The notes: a model not told the origin generated them from the letters alone. Shown: positions 1-10,780, counted from the first letter of the stretch. The stretch: 64,000 nucleotides of DNA from Opitutales bacterium (GCA_965197745.1 CBDANS010000007.1:1120001-1184000), one strand, 5' to 3'. Numbers and translations: made by a program.

Positions 1-380
1 TTTATTGTCGCATTAGCATCGTCACCGAAGTCTGGTCCGAGGACAAAACTTGCTGACGGCCCCGTACTGTTAACATTCAGGAAATTGAAATTCATATCGA
101 AGATGACAGTGTTACCTGACGCATTGGAATTATGGATCTCCACCCGGTCCACATTGTGACTTAAAGAAAATGTCACGGTAGGTGAGGTTGAAGGAGGCCC
201 ATCGAATATGGCGGTTTGGGAATTATTGGGAACGGTTCCAAAATCCCAATTACTTCCGGTGTTAAAATCACCTCCATTAGTGTTGGTCCAAAGCCCGATT
301 CCTACTGATGCTGATGCTGAAATCCAGCCCAGGCAGAAAATGACAGGGAATGTCGAAAATATTTTTAAATGAAAATTCAT
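1..380 (-). CDS. Secreted surface protein, N-terminal part only (runs off the window edge); passenger/PEP-CTERM-like N-terminus
   Basis: Not in the ORF track. Manual translation from ATG at 380 is open to the edge: MNFHLKIFSTFPVIFCLGWISASASVGIGLWTNTNGGDFNTGSNWDFGTVPNNSQTAIFDG.... It has a signal peptide and the W-x4-GGDF-x4-NW-x4-VP motif typical of Verrucomicrobia surface proteins. Confidence 0.7.
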   Translation of the reverse strand, partial: MNFHLKIFSTFPVIFCLGWISASASVGIGLWTNTNGGDFNTGSNWDFGTVPNNSQTAIFDGPPSTSPTVTFSLSHNVDRVEIHNSNASGNTVIFDMNFNFLNVNSTGPSASFVLGPDFGDDANATI

Positions 381-625
381 ATTCTTCCAATTCGTTAAGA
401 AAATTAATTTATATCGTTAATGATATACGAATTTCAATTACGCAGCAAGCATTAACGGCGTTTGGGAATAGCTGTAGGTAAATATATATGTCTGTTTGAA
501 CTCAATTGCCTATATATAAACACCTTAGTGAAAGCCAACCCCCATCACTGTCAGAGAACCCTATTTAAACCACCTATTCAACGCCCTTATGAACCTCTCT
601 CAGTTCCCTAATCGGGGTCCATGCC

Positions 626-1417
626 CTAAAGCTTCGCCGGAACGCCCCCGTCGATGTTGATGTTCACCCCGGTCAGGAACCGGGAGTCATCGCAAGCGAG
701 GAAGAGGATTACATTGGCTACATCTTCCGGTTGACCGGGCCCGTCCAGAATCTGGAATGTGTCAAAGGCATCCTTGAAGACATGAGTCTTCTGGCTACCG
801 CCGCGAGTTGCGCCAGGTGTAATGATCTGCCCCGGTCTCACACAGTTTACCCGGATGTTGTGTTCGCCACCCGTTCCTGCAAGGTAACGAGTCATGGCAT
901 CCACACCGGCTTTCGCGGCGTAGTAGGACATGGAAGTGGTGCCCGCAATGTCCCGCATCTTTTTATTGAAGCCGCGTTGGGCCGCCAGTGATGACATGTT
1001 TACGACCGCGCCGCCACCCGCTTTGATAAGGTGCGGCCAAGCCGCACGGCACATGCGAAATGTTCCGCCCATGTTTACGCCGATAATGGCGTCCCAATTT
1101 TCATCAGATTCATCCGGAAAGGCCTGACCGGAGCCATATCCTGCATTGTTGAAGAGGATGTTTATCTCGCCATAGGTTTCAACGGCCTTGTCCACGGCTG
1201 CGTTGGCAGAGCTCGTGACCGAGACATCACATTGAATGTAGGTGGCATCACCCCCTTCGTTACTAATGGATTCCTCGACCTCTTTTCCCTGTTCCTCTCG
1301 CCGTGCCATCACCGCCACCCTGGCGCCTTCTTTTGCAAACAAATGCGCAGTAGTGGCGCCGATACCACTGTTTCCACCGGTGATAATCGCGACTTTACCT
1401 TCTAACTTACCTGGCAT
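626..1417 (-). CDS. Short-chain dehydrogenase/reductase (SDR)
   Basis: TGGNSGIG Rossmann motif, NNAG, catalytic YYAAK (YxxxK), C-terminal IDGG. Confidence 0.93.
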   Translation of the reverse strand: MPGKLEGKVAIITGGNSGIGATTAHLFAKEGARVAVMARREEQGKEVEESISNEGGDATYIQCDVSVTSSANAAVDKAVETYGEINILFNNAGYGSGQAFPDESDENWDAIIGVNMGGTFRMCRAAWPHLIKAGGGAVVNMSSLAAQRGFNKKMRDIAGTTSMSYYAAKAGVDAMTRYLAGTGGEHNIRVNCVRPGQIITPGATRGGSQKTHVFKDAFDTFQILDGPGQPEDVANVILFLACDDSRFLTGVNINIDGGVPAKL

Positions 1418-1726
1418 AGCTCTACTCCTGGGTTATAAGTATAACGTTATGTATCATTTTTGCCGTGGCTCTTAAATCACGTCAAGGTATAAGAAGAATA
1501 ATCCACTTAAACCTGGCTTCGGATATATATTCAATATCCTTAGAAGCGCGTCCAATGCCTGACTCTTTCCGGATTCACTCTCACGACTATTTGCATAAAT
1601 GTCGCCTATCAATGATATTAATCGATATCAAATACAAACGGTTTATTCATATTCCTGTATGTAGAGAGTAGTGAGTTTGATTTTAAATATTTTCAGCCGG
1701 CTGAAACATAAATTGAATATGTAAAA

Positions 1727-2836
1727 ATGGATGATAAGATATCAATTAAGATTGCGCTCTTTTTACCCTCATTGGCTGGTGGAGGAGCCGAACGTATCGT
1801 ATTGAATTTAGCCCGCGGGTTCTCCCATCGTGGTCATACGGTGGACCTCGTCCTTGTTAATGCCGTGGGACCACTCATGAAAAATATTCCGGATTCAATC
1901 CGTCTGGTTAACCTTGATGCAGGTCGTTTTTTGAAAAGCTTATTTAAGCTGGTGAGCTATTTGCGCAAAGAAAAACCTGATGTATTAGTATCTTCTCTTG
2001 TCCCTGCCAATATTATTGCCATTTGGGCAAGGTTTTTATCGCGCATTCCATGCCGATTGTTTCTGAGGTTAGACGGTCCCGCTTCTGTGGCATTGAAGCA
2101 TATGACTCAATTAAAAAGTCGATTAATATGGAAGATGATCCCCCTATTTTATCCATTCGCTTATGGGTTGATTGCGGTCTCGAGTGGAGTGGCTGATGAC
2201 ATAAAAAAAACCTTATCAATTAAGCATAAAAATATTCACGTTATTTATAATCCAGTAGATATTGAACATATCAAAGAACAGGCAAAGATACCTTTTGAGC
2301 ATTCATGGTTCAAGGAAGGTAAACTCCCGGTAATTCTGGGTGTAGGTCGCTTATCGAGGCAAAAAGATTTTACCACACTAATCCACGCATTCAACCTGCT
2401 GAGAAAACAGCGGTCAGCACGTTTACTTATACTGGGTGAAGGTGAAGAGCGTTCGGGGTTAGAAAACCTGGTGCGGGAATTGAATCTTGAAAATGAAATA
2501 GAGATGCCTGGATTTGTGAACAATCCCTATCCTTATATAGCCAGGGCATCTACATTTGTGCTTTCATCGAAATATGAGGGTTTATGCACGGTGATAATTG
2601 AGTCTTTGGTTGTAGGGACACCCGTCGTTTCCACTGATTGCCCTACGGGAAATGATGAAGTATTAGATTCCGGTAAATACGGTTTGCTTGTCCCTGTGGG
2701 GGTTCCAGAAGCCATGGCTGACGCCATATTGAAGACTTTATCCAATGGGCCAGATAAAGCGATGCTTCAGGCCCGGGCCTCGCTGTTTTCGATGGAAGAA
2801 AAAGTTGGTGAATATCTTCAGGTACTACGCAACTGA
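1727..2836 (+). CDS. Glycosyltransferase family 4 (GT-B)
   Basis: GGGAER N-terminal motif, VIYNPVD, GRLSRQKD, EGLCTVIIES (E-x7-E). Confidence 0.93.
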   Translation: MDDKISIKIALFLPSLAGGGAERIVLNLARGFSHRGHTVDLVLVNAVGPLMKNIPDSIRLVNLDAGRFLKSLFKLVSYLRKEKPDVLVSSLVPANIIAIWARFLSRIPCRLFLRLDGPASVALKHMTQLKSRLIWKMIPLFYPFAYGLIAVSSGVADDIKKTLSIKHKNIHVIYNPVDIEHIKEQAKIPFEHSWFKEGKLPVILGVGRLSRQKDFTTLIHAFNLLRKQRSARLLILGEGEERSGLENLVRELNLENEIEMPGFVNNPYPYIARASTFVLSSKYEGLCTVIIESLVVGTPVVSTDCPTGNDEVLDSGKYGLLVPVGVPEAMADAILKTLSNGPDKAMLQARASLFSMEEKVGEYLQVLRN

Positions 2837-3318
2837 ATAAAGTCAGCACTTCTATTAGTTGATAAATCTCATTCGGAGCTGGAATACAGGGGACCTGAAA
2901 TCACTTAAAAGAAATAAGAGAAATTACCAGACCAGAAAATCAACGACAGCTCCGGATGCCGGGGTGGAGCGCGGCATCATCGCGCGATTTAGAAAACTGC
3001 TGAGTCAGTTTGAACTCACCGGCAAGTAGGGGCAACGTCGCTTAAAAGAGATGGGTTAGACCATAATAACCGCTTTTTTAAACTTGTAACGATACCTTAT
3101 ATATGTGAAAAAACGTGAAGGAGAAACAGAAGGAGTGACAGTTGACCACCAATTTTACCTGCTTTAGAGAATTGAAGGCTACTGCCAGATAATAGAATTA
3201 TAATTAATTTAGCAGAGTAACTACCCCTATAAAATTTCATTCAGATCTTAATTTTAGTGTCATGAAGTAAGATTCTGAGTATTGCAAATATGACGCGTAA
3301 AATATGAAAAGAGTATAA

Positions 3319-3585
3319 ATGAATATCTACGTTGGTAATCTACCCTATAGTGTGACAGAACAAGATTTGAGAGAACTGTTTGAATCCTTTGGAGAGGTCT
3401 CTTCAGCCGTGGTGATTGTTGATAAATTCACGAGAAAATCTAAAGGATTTGGTTTTATTGAAATGCCTACACAGGAAGAAGCGATGGCTGCTATTGATAA
3501 GACAAATGACCAGGATTTTCAGGGAAGAAATCTCAGGGTTAACGAGGCAAAACCTCGCAATGATGATTTTCGCGATAGAAGGTAA
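3319..3585 (+). CDS. RRM-domain RNA-binding protein
   Basis: RNP2 IYVGNL, RNP1 KGFGFIEM, GRNLRVNEA. Confidence 0.95.
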   Translation: MNIYVGNLPYSVTEQDLRELFESFGEVSSAVVIVDKFTRKSKGFGFIEMPTQEEAMAAIDKTNDQDFQGRNLRVNEAKPRNDDFRDRR

Positions 3586-3600
3586 TGGACCAATCGTTTA

Positions 3601-3635
3601 ACCCTACGGTCATTGATAAATGACCATTTGAGGGT
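3601..3635 (+). terminator. Hairpin after the RRM gene (possible terminator)
   Basis: GGTCATT-gata-AATGACC core extended by ACCCT/AGGGT; no clear U-tract. Confidence 0.4.
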
Positions 3636-3945
3636 GTAAATGAGCGGTTATTCCGTTAGCGATCACTTGAGGTGAGATTTATTCGCGGTTTTAGTGCTTT
3701 AGTGTTTTTCCCCTCCTGCCGTAGACAAGATAACCTGATTTACAGGTCACGATGCAAGGTTTCGCACGGCTGAGTATCTCAGCTCACTTATGGTATCCAG
3801 CTGATATTAATCGGTTATTATTTCATGTCTTTTTATCGGCAGGATCGACGGATTTAATATCCCTAAAATTAAATCTTGAACTTCTTTGGGAATAGGATGA
3901 TTCGTAGACTACTCCAAGTAGTAGTCTTCAGCAACGAAGCCAATC

Positions 3946-4926
3946 ATGTCCTTAAATTCCACCGTTGAGATACCTGATTTTGACGATACTCTCGCTACCC
4001 ATAAATTGGCGCTATGCCGCACCATACCTGAGGTTCTGCAATTAAATGTGGGCAAGATCTGCAATCTCACCTGCACGCACTGCCATGTTAATGCCGGCCC
4101 CGGTCGGAAGGAGATGATGACGCGTGAGACCATCGACCGGATACTTGAATGGCTGGAACCGCATGAATTACCCATTGTTGATATTACCGGTGGAGCCCCG
4201 GAGATGATACCTGATTTCAGATACCTGATTCGAGAACTTGCGAAACAAAGTCAACCCCGACGTATTATTGATCGTTGCAATCTCACTATTCTTCTGGATA
4301 GCGGATATGAAGATCTAACTGAATTCCTCGCTGGACACAAAGTTGAAATTATTGCCTCGATGCCCTGTTACACACCGGCAAACGTGGAGGCACAACGGGG
4401 TGAGGGGGTTTTCGATGACAGCATTAAGGCATTACTCCTTCTCAATCAGTTGGGATATGGGGTTGATCCTCATTTGCCGCTCCATCTTGTTTACAATCCG
4501 ATAGGAGCCAGCCTTCCATCTGATCAAAAAGAATTGGAAGCCGAATACAAACGCGAACTCAAGAAAAGCTACGGCATTGATTTCAACAGCCTATACACGA
4601 TCACCAACCTTCCCATCGCGCGATTCCTCTCCTACCTTAAGCGCAACTCCCAGTACGAGGAATACATGAATCTGCTGGTTGAAAGCTTCAACCCGCGTGC
4701 GGTTGAGGGGTTGATGTGTCGCAACACCATAAATGTAGGGTGGGAGGGCGATATCTTCGATTGTGATTTTAATCAAATGCTCAACATCCCGATGGGCGAA
4801 AATAAGGCCCGGTTTCTATGGGACATAGATCTTCAATCGATCGAGGATTGGCCCATATCCACGGGAAGACATTGCTATGGATGTACCGCCGGTGCAGGAT
4901 CAAGCTGTACGGGTTCACTCGATTAA
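3946..4926 (+). CDS. arsS: Arsenosugar biosynthesis radical SAM protein ArsS (radical SAM + DUF3641)
   Basis: LQLNVGKICNLTCTHCHV (CxxxCxxC), DITGGAPE, LMCR, DCDFNQM, C-terminal HCYGCTAGAGSSC; adjacent to arsM. Confidence 0.9.
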   Translation: MSLNSTVEIPDFDDTLATHKLALCRTIPEVLQLNVGKICNLTCTHCHVNAGPGRKEMMTRETIDRILEWLEPHELPIVDITGGAPEMIPDFRYLIRELAKQSQPRRIIDRCNLTILLDSGYEDLTEFLAGHKVEIIASMPCYTPANVEAQRGEGVFDDSIKALLLLNQLGYGVDPHLPLHLVYNPIGASLPSDQKELEAEYKRELKKSYGIDFNSLYTITNLPIARFLSYLKRNSQYEEYMNLLVESFNPRAVEGLMCRNTINVGWEGDIFDCDFNQMLNIPMGENKARFLWDIDLQSIEDWPISTGRHCYGCTAGAGSSCTGSLD

Positions 4927-4996
4927 TCATCTGACATTTTATTATACCAGGGAATTGATTAACCTCTCTTAACCACAATTAAGCGCACACCAGAAA

Positions 4997-6067
4997 ATGA
5001 ATATCGAAGAATCAACTATAGATCTGCATGAAAATGCTCGGGATTATTATGGTAAACAATTGCAAAGCAATCGGGATCTGAAGAGTAATGCCTGTTGCAG
5101 CATTGAGACTATTACTCCCGAGATGAAGCAATATCTCAGTAATATCGATGATGAAATTTTAGAAAGATTCTACGGCTGTGGATCTCCCATTCCACCCGCG
5201 CTTGAAGGTATCACCGTTCTTGACCTGGGTTGCGGTACGGGAAGAGATGTTTACCTCCTTTCCCAGCTCGTGGGTGAAAAGGGTTGTGTCATTGGAGTCG
5301 ATATAACAGATGAACAACTTGATGTAGCTCAAAGGCATATTGCCAGCCAGATGGATCGATTCGGTTTTAAGCAAACCAATGTTGATTTCCGCAATGGTTA
5401 TATTGAAAACCTGGGTGCTGTGGGAATAGCTGATAATTCAGTAGATGTCGTAGTCTCTAATTGTGTCATTAATCTCTCCCCGGATAAAGAGAAAGTATTT
5501 TCCGAGATTTTCCGGGTTCTCAAACCAGGGGGTGAACTTTATTTTTCTGATGTCTTTGCCTTGCGCCGTGTTCCCGACCATTTAAAGAGCGACCCTGTTC
5601 TTCATGGTGAATGCATCGGGGGCACCTTATATATTGAAGACTTTCGCCGCATCCTCCGTAAAGCAGGCTGCCTGGATTACCGGGTAGTGAATCAATGGCC
5701 ACTCTCCATCGATGAACCCGAGATAAAAAAGAAGATTGGAAATATCGAATTTTATTCCTACACCATTCGTGCGTTCAATCTACCCACCTTGGAAGACATT
5801 TGTGAAGACTATGGTCAAGCTGTCTGCTATCTCGGGAACCTCAAAAATTCGCCGCATGCGTTTATTCTTGATGATCATCACATTTTTGAAACGGGCAAAC
5901 ATGTCCCTGTATGCGGAAACACAACCTCCATGGTTGAGGAAACCCGTTATTCTAAATATTTTAAGGTTATTGGTAACCGCTCTACCCACTACGGTCCCTT
6001 CCCTTGTGGTCCTGAAACCTCAAGTGGTAAGCAGATTGATAATGGAGAGAGTGGCAGTTGTTGTTAA
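4997..6067 (+). CDS. arsM: Arsenite S-adenosylmethionine methyltransferase (AS3MT/ArsM-like, long form)
   Basis: YYG...NACC, FYGCG, LDLGCGTGRD SAM motif, SNCVINL, GECIGG (all four conserved Cys positions), EDICEDYGQ, C-terminal GSCC. Confidence 0.92.
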   Translation: MNIEESTIDLHENARDYYGKQLQSNRDLKSNACCSIETITPEMKQYLSNIDDEILERFYGCGSPIPPALEGITVLDLGCGTGRDVYLLSQLVGEKGCVIGVDITDEQLDVAQRHIASQMDRFGFKQTNVDFRNGYIENLGAVGIADNSVDVVVSNCVINLSPDKEKVFSEIFRVLKPGGELYFSDVFALRRVPDHLKSDPVLHGECIGGTLYIEDFRRILRKAGCLDYRVVNQWPLSIDEPEIKKKIGNIEFYSYTIRAFNLPTLEDICEDYGQAVCYLGNLKNSPHAFILDDHHIFETGKHVPVCGNTTSMVEETRYSKYFKVIGNRSTHYGPFPCGPETSSGKQIDNGESGSCC

Positions 6068-6113
6068 AGGGGAAGTGACTGCTCCCCGAGTTAAAAGCTG
6101 AATACTGACAGGA

Positions 6114-7229
6114 ATGAGCGCCCTTCTTCTTCTTTTGGGTATGATCTGTTTTCTTGCCTACAGCAATGGGGCGAATGATAATTTCAAGGGCCTGGCCACC
6201 GTTTTCGGGAGCGAAATATTATCTTATAAATCAGCTTTGATATTAGCAACATGTGCCACCTTTCTCGGTTCATTAGCATCGCTGGTATTCGCCTCTGAAC
6301 TTCTTCATCAGTTTTCCGGTAAGGGTCTCGTTCCGGATTCAGTAGTGGGAACTTCACCCTTTCTCTTAGCGGTTGCGGGAGGCGCGGGATTGACCGTATT
6401 TATTGCTTCCCTTACCGGACTTCCGATTTCGACTACGCACAGCCTTACCGGCGCATTGATGGGCGCGGGCTGGCTTTCAGCCGGAAGTCTGATGAATTTT
6501 AATAAACTGGGGGGCACGTTTTTTTTACCGCTGCTCGTAAGCCCGTTTATAGCATGGATTCTAAGTATAATTATTTGTCGATTGTTTTCTTCCAGTGACT
6601 TTCAATCGTGGGCTATGAGGGTCTATTGCCTCTGTTGGAGAAAAAGCGCTTTGCCTCACACAAACTCTGGTCCTTCTACGCTCACCATGAATTCCCTTCT
6701 GACCTTTAGTTATCCGGTTACAGGCAATGTCTGCGATGATATTAATTGCCCACCTGAATCACGTATCGCCAGTATGAGCTCCCAAAAGTTTATCGATGTA
6801 TTACACGTGATGAGCGGTGCGGCCGTGTGTTTTGCTCGAGGCCTCAACGACACTCCCAAAATCGTTGCCCTGCTCATTGCCTCATGGGCAATAGGCATCC
6901 AGTACCCCATGCTTGCGGTTGCGGTTGCCATGGTCTTAGGCGGCATCATTAACGGCAAGAAAGTTGCCATGACGATGAGTAAAAAAATAACACCGATGAG
7001 TCATAATCACGGATTAGGGGCAAATCTGGTCACTGGCTTTCTCGTGATTTTTGCCACTCGAATGGGTGTTCCTGTCTCTACGACACATGTATCCACAGGA
7101 TCAATATTCGGTATTGGAACGCTCAACGGAAATGCTAATCGGAATATGATCGTCAGTATCCTTTGGGCCTGGGTCTTTACTCTACCTCTAGCTGCTGTGC
7201 TTGGAGGATTGTTTTACTGGCTTCAGTGA
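6114..7229 (+). CDS. PiT-family inorganic phosphate/anion transporter with a Cys-rich central loop
   Basis: NGANDN and RGLNDT signature pair, PISTTH and PVSTTH repeats, hydrophobic helices. Confidence 0.9.
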   Translation: MSALLLLLGMICFLAYSNGANDNFKGLATVFGSEILSYKSALILATCATFLGSLASLVFASELLHQFSGKGLVPDSVVGTSPFLLAVAGGAGLTVFIASLTGLPISTTHSLTGALMGAGWLSAGSLMNFNKLGGTFFLPLLVSPFIAWILSIIICRLFSSSDFQSWAMRVYCLCWRKSALPHTNSGPSTLTMNSLLTFSYPVTGNVCDDINCPPESRIASMSSQKFIDVLHVMSGAAVCFARGLNDTPKIVALLIASWAIGIQYPMLAVAVAMVLGGIINGKKVAMTMSKKITPMSHNHGLGANLVTGFLVIFATRMGVPVSTTHVSTGSIFGIGTLNGNANRNMIVSILWAWVFTLPLAAVLGGLFYWLQ

Positions 7230-7433
7230 AGGGGTCGAAAGAGTGACTGTTTTCGTCTTTGCTTTCACCGACCTTGACAATCCTAAACTCAAATGTGTTC
7301 TCTACTCATTAAGAGTTGAGGTAAATCATGTTTAATGGATTAGATCATTTTGCTATAGGAGTGCAGGTAGAATTAACCGGAACATGATCGGGAAATCAAT
7401 TAAAGCACCCTAAGCATTCATTTTATAATTCTC

Positions 7434-8570
7434 ATGCCCAAGATTCAAGTATCAACATACGACGGTCCTGGGACCGAGCCGAAAATTAAGAGCGTGTCGC
7501 GACCAGCAATACCTGATCGTGCCGCATTGATTCGAATTGGGGCATGCGGAGTTTGTGGGACGGATCTTCATATCCTTCGTGGACACTGGCCTAAACCATT
7601 ACCGTGGCCACTGACACTGGGCCATGAGCTTGCTGGTATCATCGAAGAAAAAGGACCGGGCCTCGAAACCGACTTCATGAATCAGCCCCTGGCTGTTGGC
7701 GATAAAGTGATGATCCCTCCTCTCATGCCCTGTGGTGAATGTTACTACTGTGTCCACTATCCGACACAGTCTAATCGCTGTCTGAATCCAACTTATTACG
7801 GGCGTTATATCCCATTCGATAAGCCACCGCATTTATGGGGTGGCTGGGCGGAGATGGTTTATATCGATCTTGATATGTTTCCGGCAACAAAGGTCTATCG
7901 CCTGCCGGATGAGATGTCACTGAAACTCGGATCGCTGAGTGAGCCGTTGACTTCTTGTGTGCGCGCTCTGAATCGAGCAGTATCGGCCGGTGGTTTTCGC
8001 GTTGGCGATTCAGTTGTCATTCAAGGTTCCGGCCCAATCGGTGCGTTAATGGTGGTGGCGGTAAAAGAAATGGGAGCGGGAAAGATCGTAGTCGTCGGCG
8101 CGCCGGAAGAACCGCGTCTATCACTCTGTCGTGCATTTGGAGCCCTTGCTTCTGTTTCGATCGAAGAGTATGAAACACCCCAGTCTCGTATCGAAGCCGT
8201 TCAGAAAATAATCGGCGGTTATGGAGCCGATGTCGTGTTTGAGTGTAGTGGTCATCCCTCCTCCGGACCCGAAGGTATTGAAATGCTCAGAGACGGAGGG
8301 ACCTATGTAGAGATGGGACAGTTCACCGATGCGGGTTCAATCGACACAAATTGGCATCGCATCTGCCTCAAGGACATAAATATTTTAGGGAGCTGGGCCT
8401 TTACCGCTAATGATATACCCCTGGCCATTAATATGCTCCATCGCGTCCGTGATCGCTACCCGTGGGAATTGATGCAGATGGAGTTTCCATTTAGCCGGGA
8501 AGGTATCTTCGAGGCGACTCAAGCGGCGATGGAGATGCGCTGTGTAAAAGCGACAATCATCTCGAATTAA
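7434..8570 (+). CDS. Zinc-dependent medium-chain alcohol dehydrogenase
   Basis: CGTDLH, GHE, structural CGECYYC...C, GSGPIG. Confidence 0.92.
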   Translation: MPKIQVSTYDGPGTEPKIKSVSRPAIPDRAALIRIGACGVCGTDLHILRGHWPKPLPWPLTLGHELAGIIEEKGPGLETDFMNQPLAVGDKVMIPPLMPCGECYYCVHYPTQSNRCLNPTYYGRYIPFDKPPHLWGGWAEMVYIDLDMFPATKVYRLPDEMSLKLGSLSEPLTSCVRALNRAVSAGGFRVGDSVVIQGSGPIGALMVVAVKEMGAGKIVVVGAPEEPRLSLCRAFGALASVSIEEYETPQSRIEAVQKIIGGYGADVVFECSGHPSSGPEGIEMLRDGGTYVEMGQFTDAGSIDTNWHRICLKDINILGSWAFTANDIPLAINMLHRVRDRYPWELMQMEFPFSREGIFEATQAAMEMRCVKATIISN

Positions 8571-8586
8571 AAAAGAGCTTTTACCT

Positions 8587-9159
8587 TTAGCTCGATCCTC
8601 TCAACCCGATTGCGTCAGCAACAGAGATCATCCCTTCTATAACATTGGCGATGTGCTGGTCGAACGCTATCCGGAGTTCTTCAGTGCCCTGGAGAATATC
8701 ACCACGATTGATGGTGCGCGCGAAAGACTTATCCTTCATTTTCTTTTTCACCGACTTTACGGTAAGGGTATGAAGGGATCGGTCGGGACGCACCAGCGTT
8801 GCGGCCGAAATTAATCCGGTCAATTCATCCGAGGCAAATAAGGTCTTTGCCAATAATGTTTTTCGTTCAACCCCGGAATAGGTGGCGTGGCCGAGAATGG
8901 CTTCGATCATGGTTTCCGGGTAATCGCGTTCCTCGAGAATTTTACAGCCGACAAAAGGATGTCCGTCTTTATCCAAATTGGGATATTGTTCGTAATCGAA
9001 ATCGTGCAGCAATCCGGTGTTGCCCCATAGTCCTTCATCTTCACCGAAGTGCCGCGCGTACCAACGCATGGCGGCTTCAACGGCCAGGGCATGCTTTATC
9101 AGACTTTCGCTTTTCGTGTATTCAGTGAGTAGCGCAAAAGCGTCGGCACGAGTTTTCAT
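8587..9159 (-). CDS. HD/HDIG-domain phosphohydrolase
   Basis: KHALAVEAAM...GLLHDFDYE...AILGH...DELTG. Confidence 0.88.
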   Translation of the reverse strand: MKTRADAFALLTEYTKSESLIKHALAVEAAMRWYARHFGEDEGLWGNTGLLHDFDYEQYPNLDKDGHPFVGCKILEERDYPETMIEAILGHATYSGVERKTLLAKTLFASDELTGLISAATLVRPDRSLHTLTVKSVKKKMKDKSFARTINRGDILQGTEELRIAFDQHIANVIEGMISVADAIGLRGSS

Positions 9160-9348
9160 TGAGAGGAAATTAATATAAGAAATCAGGTAAGGCCGACTTA
9201 TATTGCTTCGGCGGTGATGTCAATTAACCAGTCTGGCCAATTTATGGTCATTCAGTTGCAACCGCTTTTTTAAAAGCGGCCATCGTATTCTCCGGAGCGT
9301 AAGCACTGGCTCCACGATGGGCAATAAAATGAAAAGGGTGGCTAATCT

Positions 9349-9762
9349 TCACGGAGCGGCCCAGATTACTTCTCCCTTCATGTCATAGAGCTTTAAATGG
9401 TGAATATCTTTAACCTGCCAAAGCGAGGTGCGGGTAATATTGTTTTCGTCTTTGAAAGTGAGGGTTGATCCGTCTTTAAACTGACCTAAACTGGTACTCA
9501 CTCTTCCCGTATCGTCATAGAAAGCGAATTCAGCTCCTCCCTGATTTTGCAGAAGGGAGACACGGATATTATCATTTTTATCCACGAGATGCAGACTCTC
9601 GGTTTCTAATAGTTTGAATGGCAGTTCTCCCACGCGTAAGGCAAACACGATTCCATAAAGGGCAATCGCACCCAGGATTACGGCGATAGCGAGACTTATA
9701 GCAAGCCACCTATTATGGCGCTCTAATTTTTCTAATCGCAATTCGATTTTTTGGGTATCCAT
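9349..9762 (-). CDS. Hypothetical membrane-anchored protein with repeated beta-hairpin units
   Basis: N-terminal coiled RLEKLER, one TM helix, repeated L/F-x-D-x2-G/N-x2-R/S-x-SL units. Confidence 0.7.
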   Translation of the reverse strand: MDTQKIELRLEKLERHNRWLAISLAIAVILGAIALYGIVFALRVGELPFKLLETESLHLVDKNDNIRVSLLQNQGGAEFAFYDDTGRVSTSLGQFKDGSTLTFKDENNITRTSLWQVKDIHHLKLYDMKGEVIWAAP

Positions 9763-9863
9763 AACTAATACTCTTTATTTGATTAAACAGGTTGAGTCCG
9801 ACTTCATGCAGAATGACACAACCCAATTGTTGAAAAGGAATTCTAATAACTAATTGATTGCAC

Positions 9864-10229
9864 CTATTGGTCGTATACAACGAACGATCCATCGGATTTA
9901 CTAATAGAAATAGAAGTAAACCCGACAATAATAGGAAAGAGGGATGGATAATGTTCTCCCGCTGCAGACTGAGGCACTAATTTCATATAGAGTGTGGGGT
10001 CTGATCCTATGAGATCGGTTTGAAAAGCAGATGTTCTGCCCACCTTTATAAAAAACTGGTCCGCCGCCGAGGCAATCTGCCGGAGATTGTTTTTTATGGT
10101 CTTTTCCTGTGAACTTAATCGAGCCTTATTAAAGGCCGGAATCGCAATTGAGGCCAGTAAACCGATAATAACCACGACAATCATTATTTCTACAAGAGTA
10201 AACCCCTTATTCATAGCTTCATCTTTCAT
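9864..10229 (-). CDS. Type IV pilin / pseudopilin with prepilin cleavage site
   Basis: KG|FTLVEIMIVVVIIGLLASIAIP class III signal, NNLRQI helix, AGGAG RBS upstream. Confidence 0.92.
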   Translation of the reverse strand: MKDEAMNKGFTLVEIMIVVVIIGLLASIAIPAFNKARLSSQEKTIKNNLRQIASAADQFFIKVGRTSAFQTDLIGSDPTLYMKLVPQSAAGEHYPSLFPIIVGFTSISISKSDGSFVVYDQ

Positions 10230-10402
10230 TATATTCTCCTTGGTATTTATAGGATACAGATAAATAATTTACATAAAAAGTATCCATTTTAATCTTTAAA
10301 TAACTAATTGCAAATTTTTAAGAGTAGTTCATTTTTATAATTATTTAACAAAAAATAAATTGTGATAATCGTAGCGATGCATATGACTGGGAAGTAACTT
10401 TA

Positions 10403-10780
10403 ATGAAAAAAATATATATCGTAGAAGACGATGCGGACAGTGCCGCTTTAATTAAAGAAATTCTCTCTGTTGATTTTGATACAGTATTATATACAAACGG
10501 AGGGGATCTTATAGAATTTTTAAATCAACCTGATACGGTTGCCCCCGATCTATTTGTTCTCGATATCAGTTTACCGGGGATGGACGGAGTCACGCTCTTA
10601 CGGAAAATCCGTGATGAAGATTCATATAAAAATATCCCTGCGCTCGCTTTAACCGCGCACGCCATGAAGGGTGACAAAGAATCTTTTCTTCAGTCCGGAT
10701 TTAATGCTTATATGAGCAAACCGATTGTTGATATTGATGGGCTGATCAATGCGGTTAAGAGAATGATCGATGGCAATTAG
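10403..10780 (+). CDS. Single-domain response regulator (DivK/CheY-like)
   Basis: IVEDD, LDISLPGMDG, ALTAHAM, SKP. Confidence 0.92.
   Translation: MKKIYIVEDDADSAALIKEILSVDFDTVLYTNGGDLIEFLNQPDTVAPDLFVLDISLPGMDGVTLLRKIRDEDSYKNIPALALTAHAMKGDKESFLQSGFNAYMSKPIVDIDGLINAVKRMIDGN

Noticed and set aside
1727..2836. GT4 as part of the arsenosugar pathway
   Set aside because: It is separated from arsS by the RRM gene and two long spacers, and it looks like a generic cell-surface GT4.
2859..3029. 56-aa TTG-start ORF between the GT4 and RRM genes
   Set aside because: No RBS or recognisable motif; cannot be supported without homology.
4880..4926. Selenocysteine form of ArsS
   Set aside because: The terminal GSSC uses TGT and the gene ends in TAA; there is no in-frame TGA.
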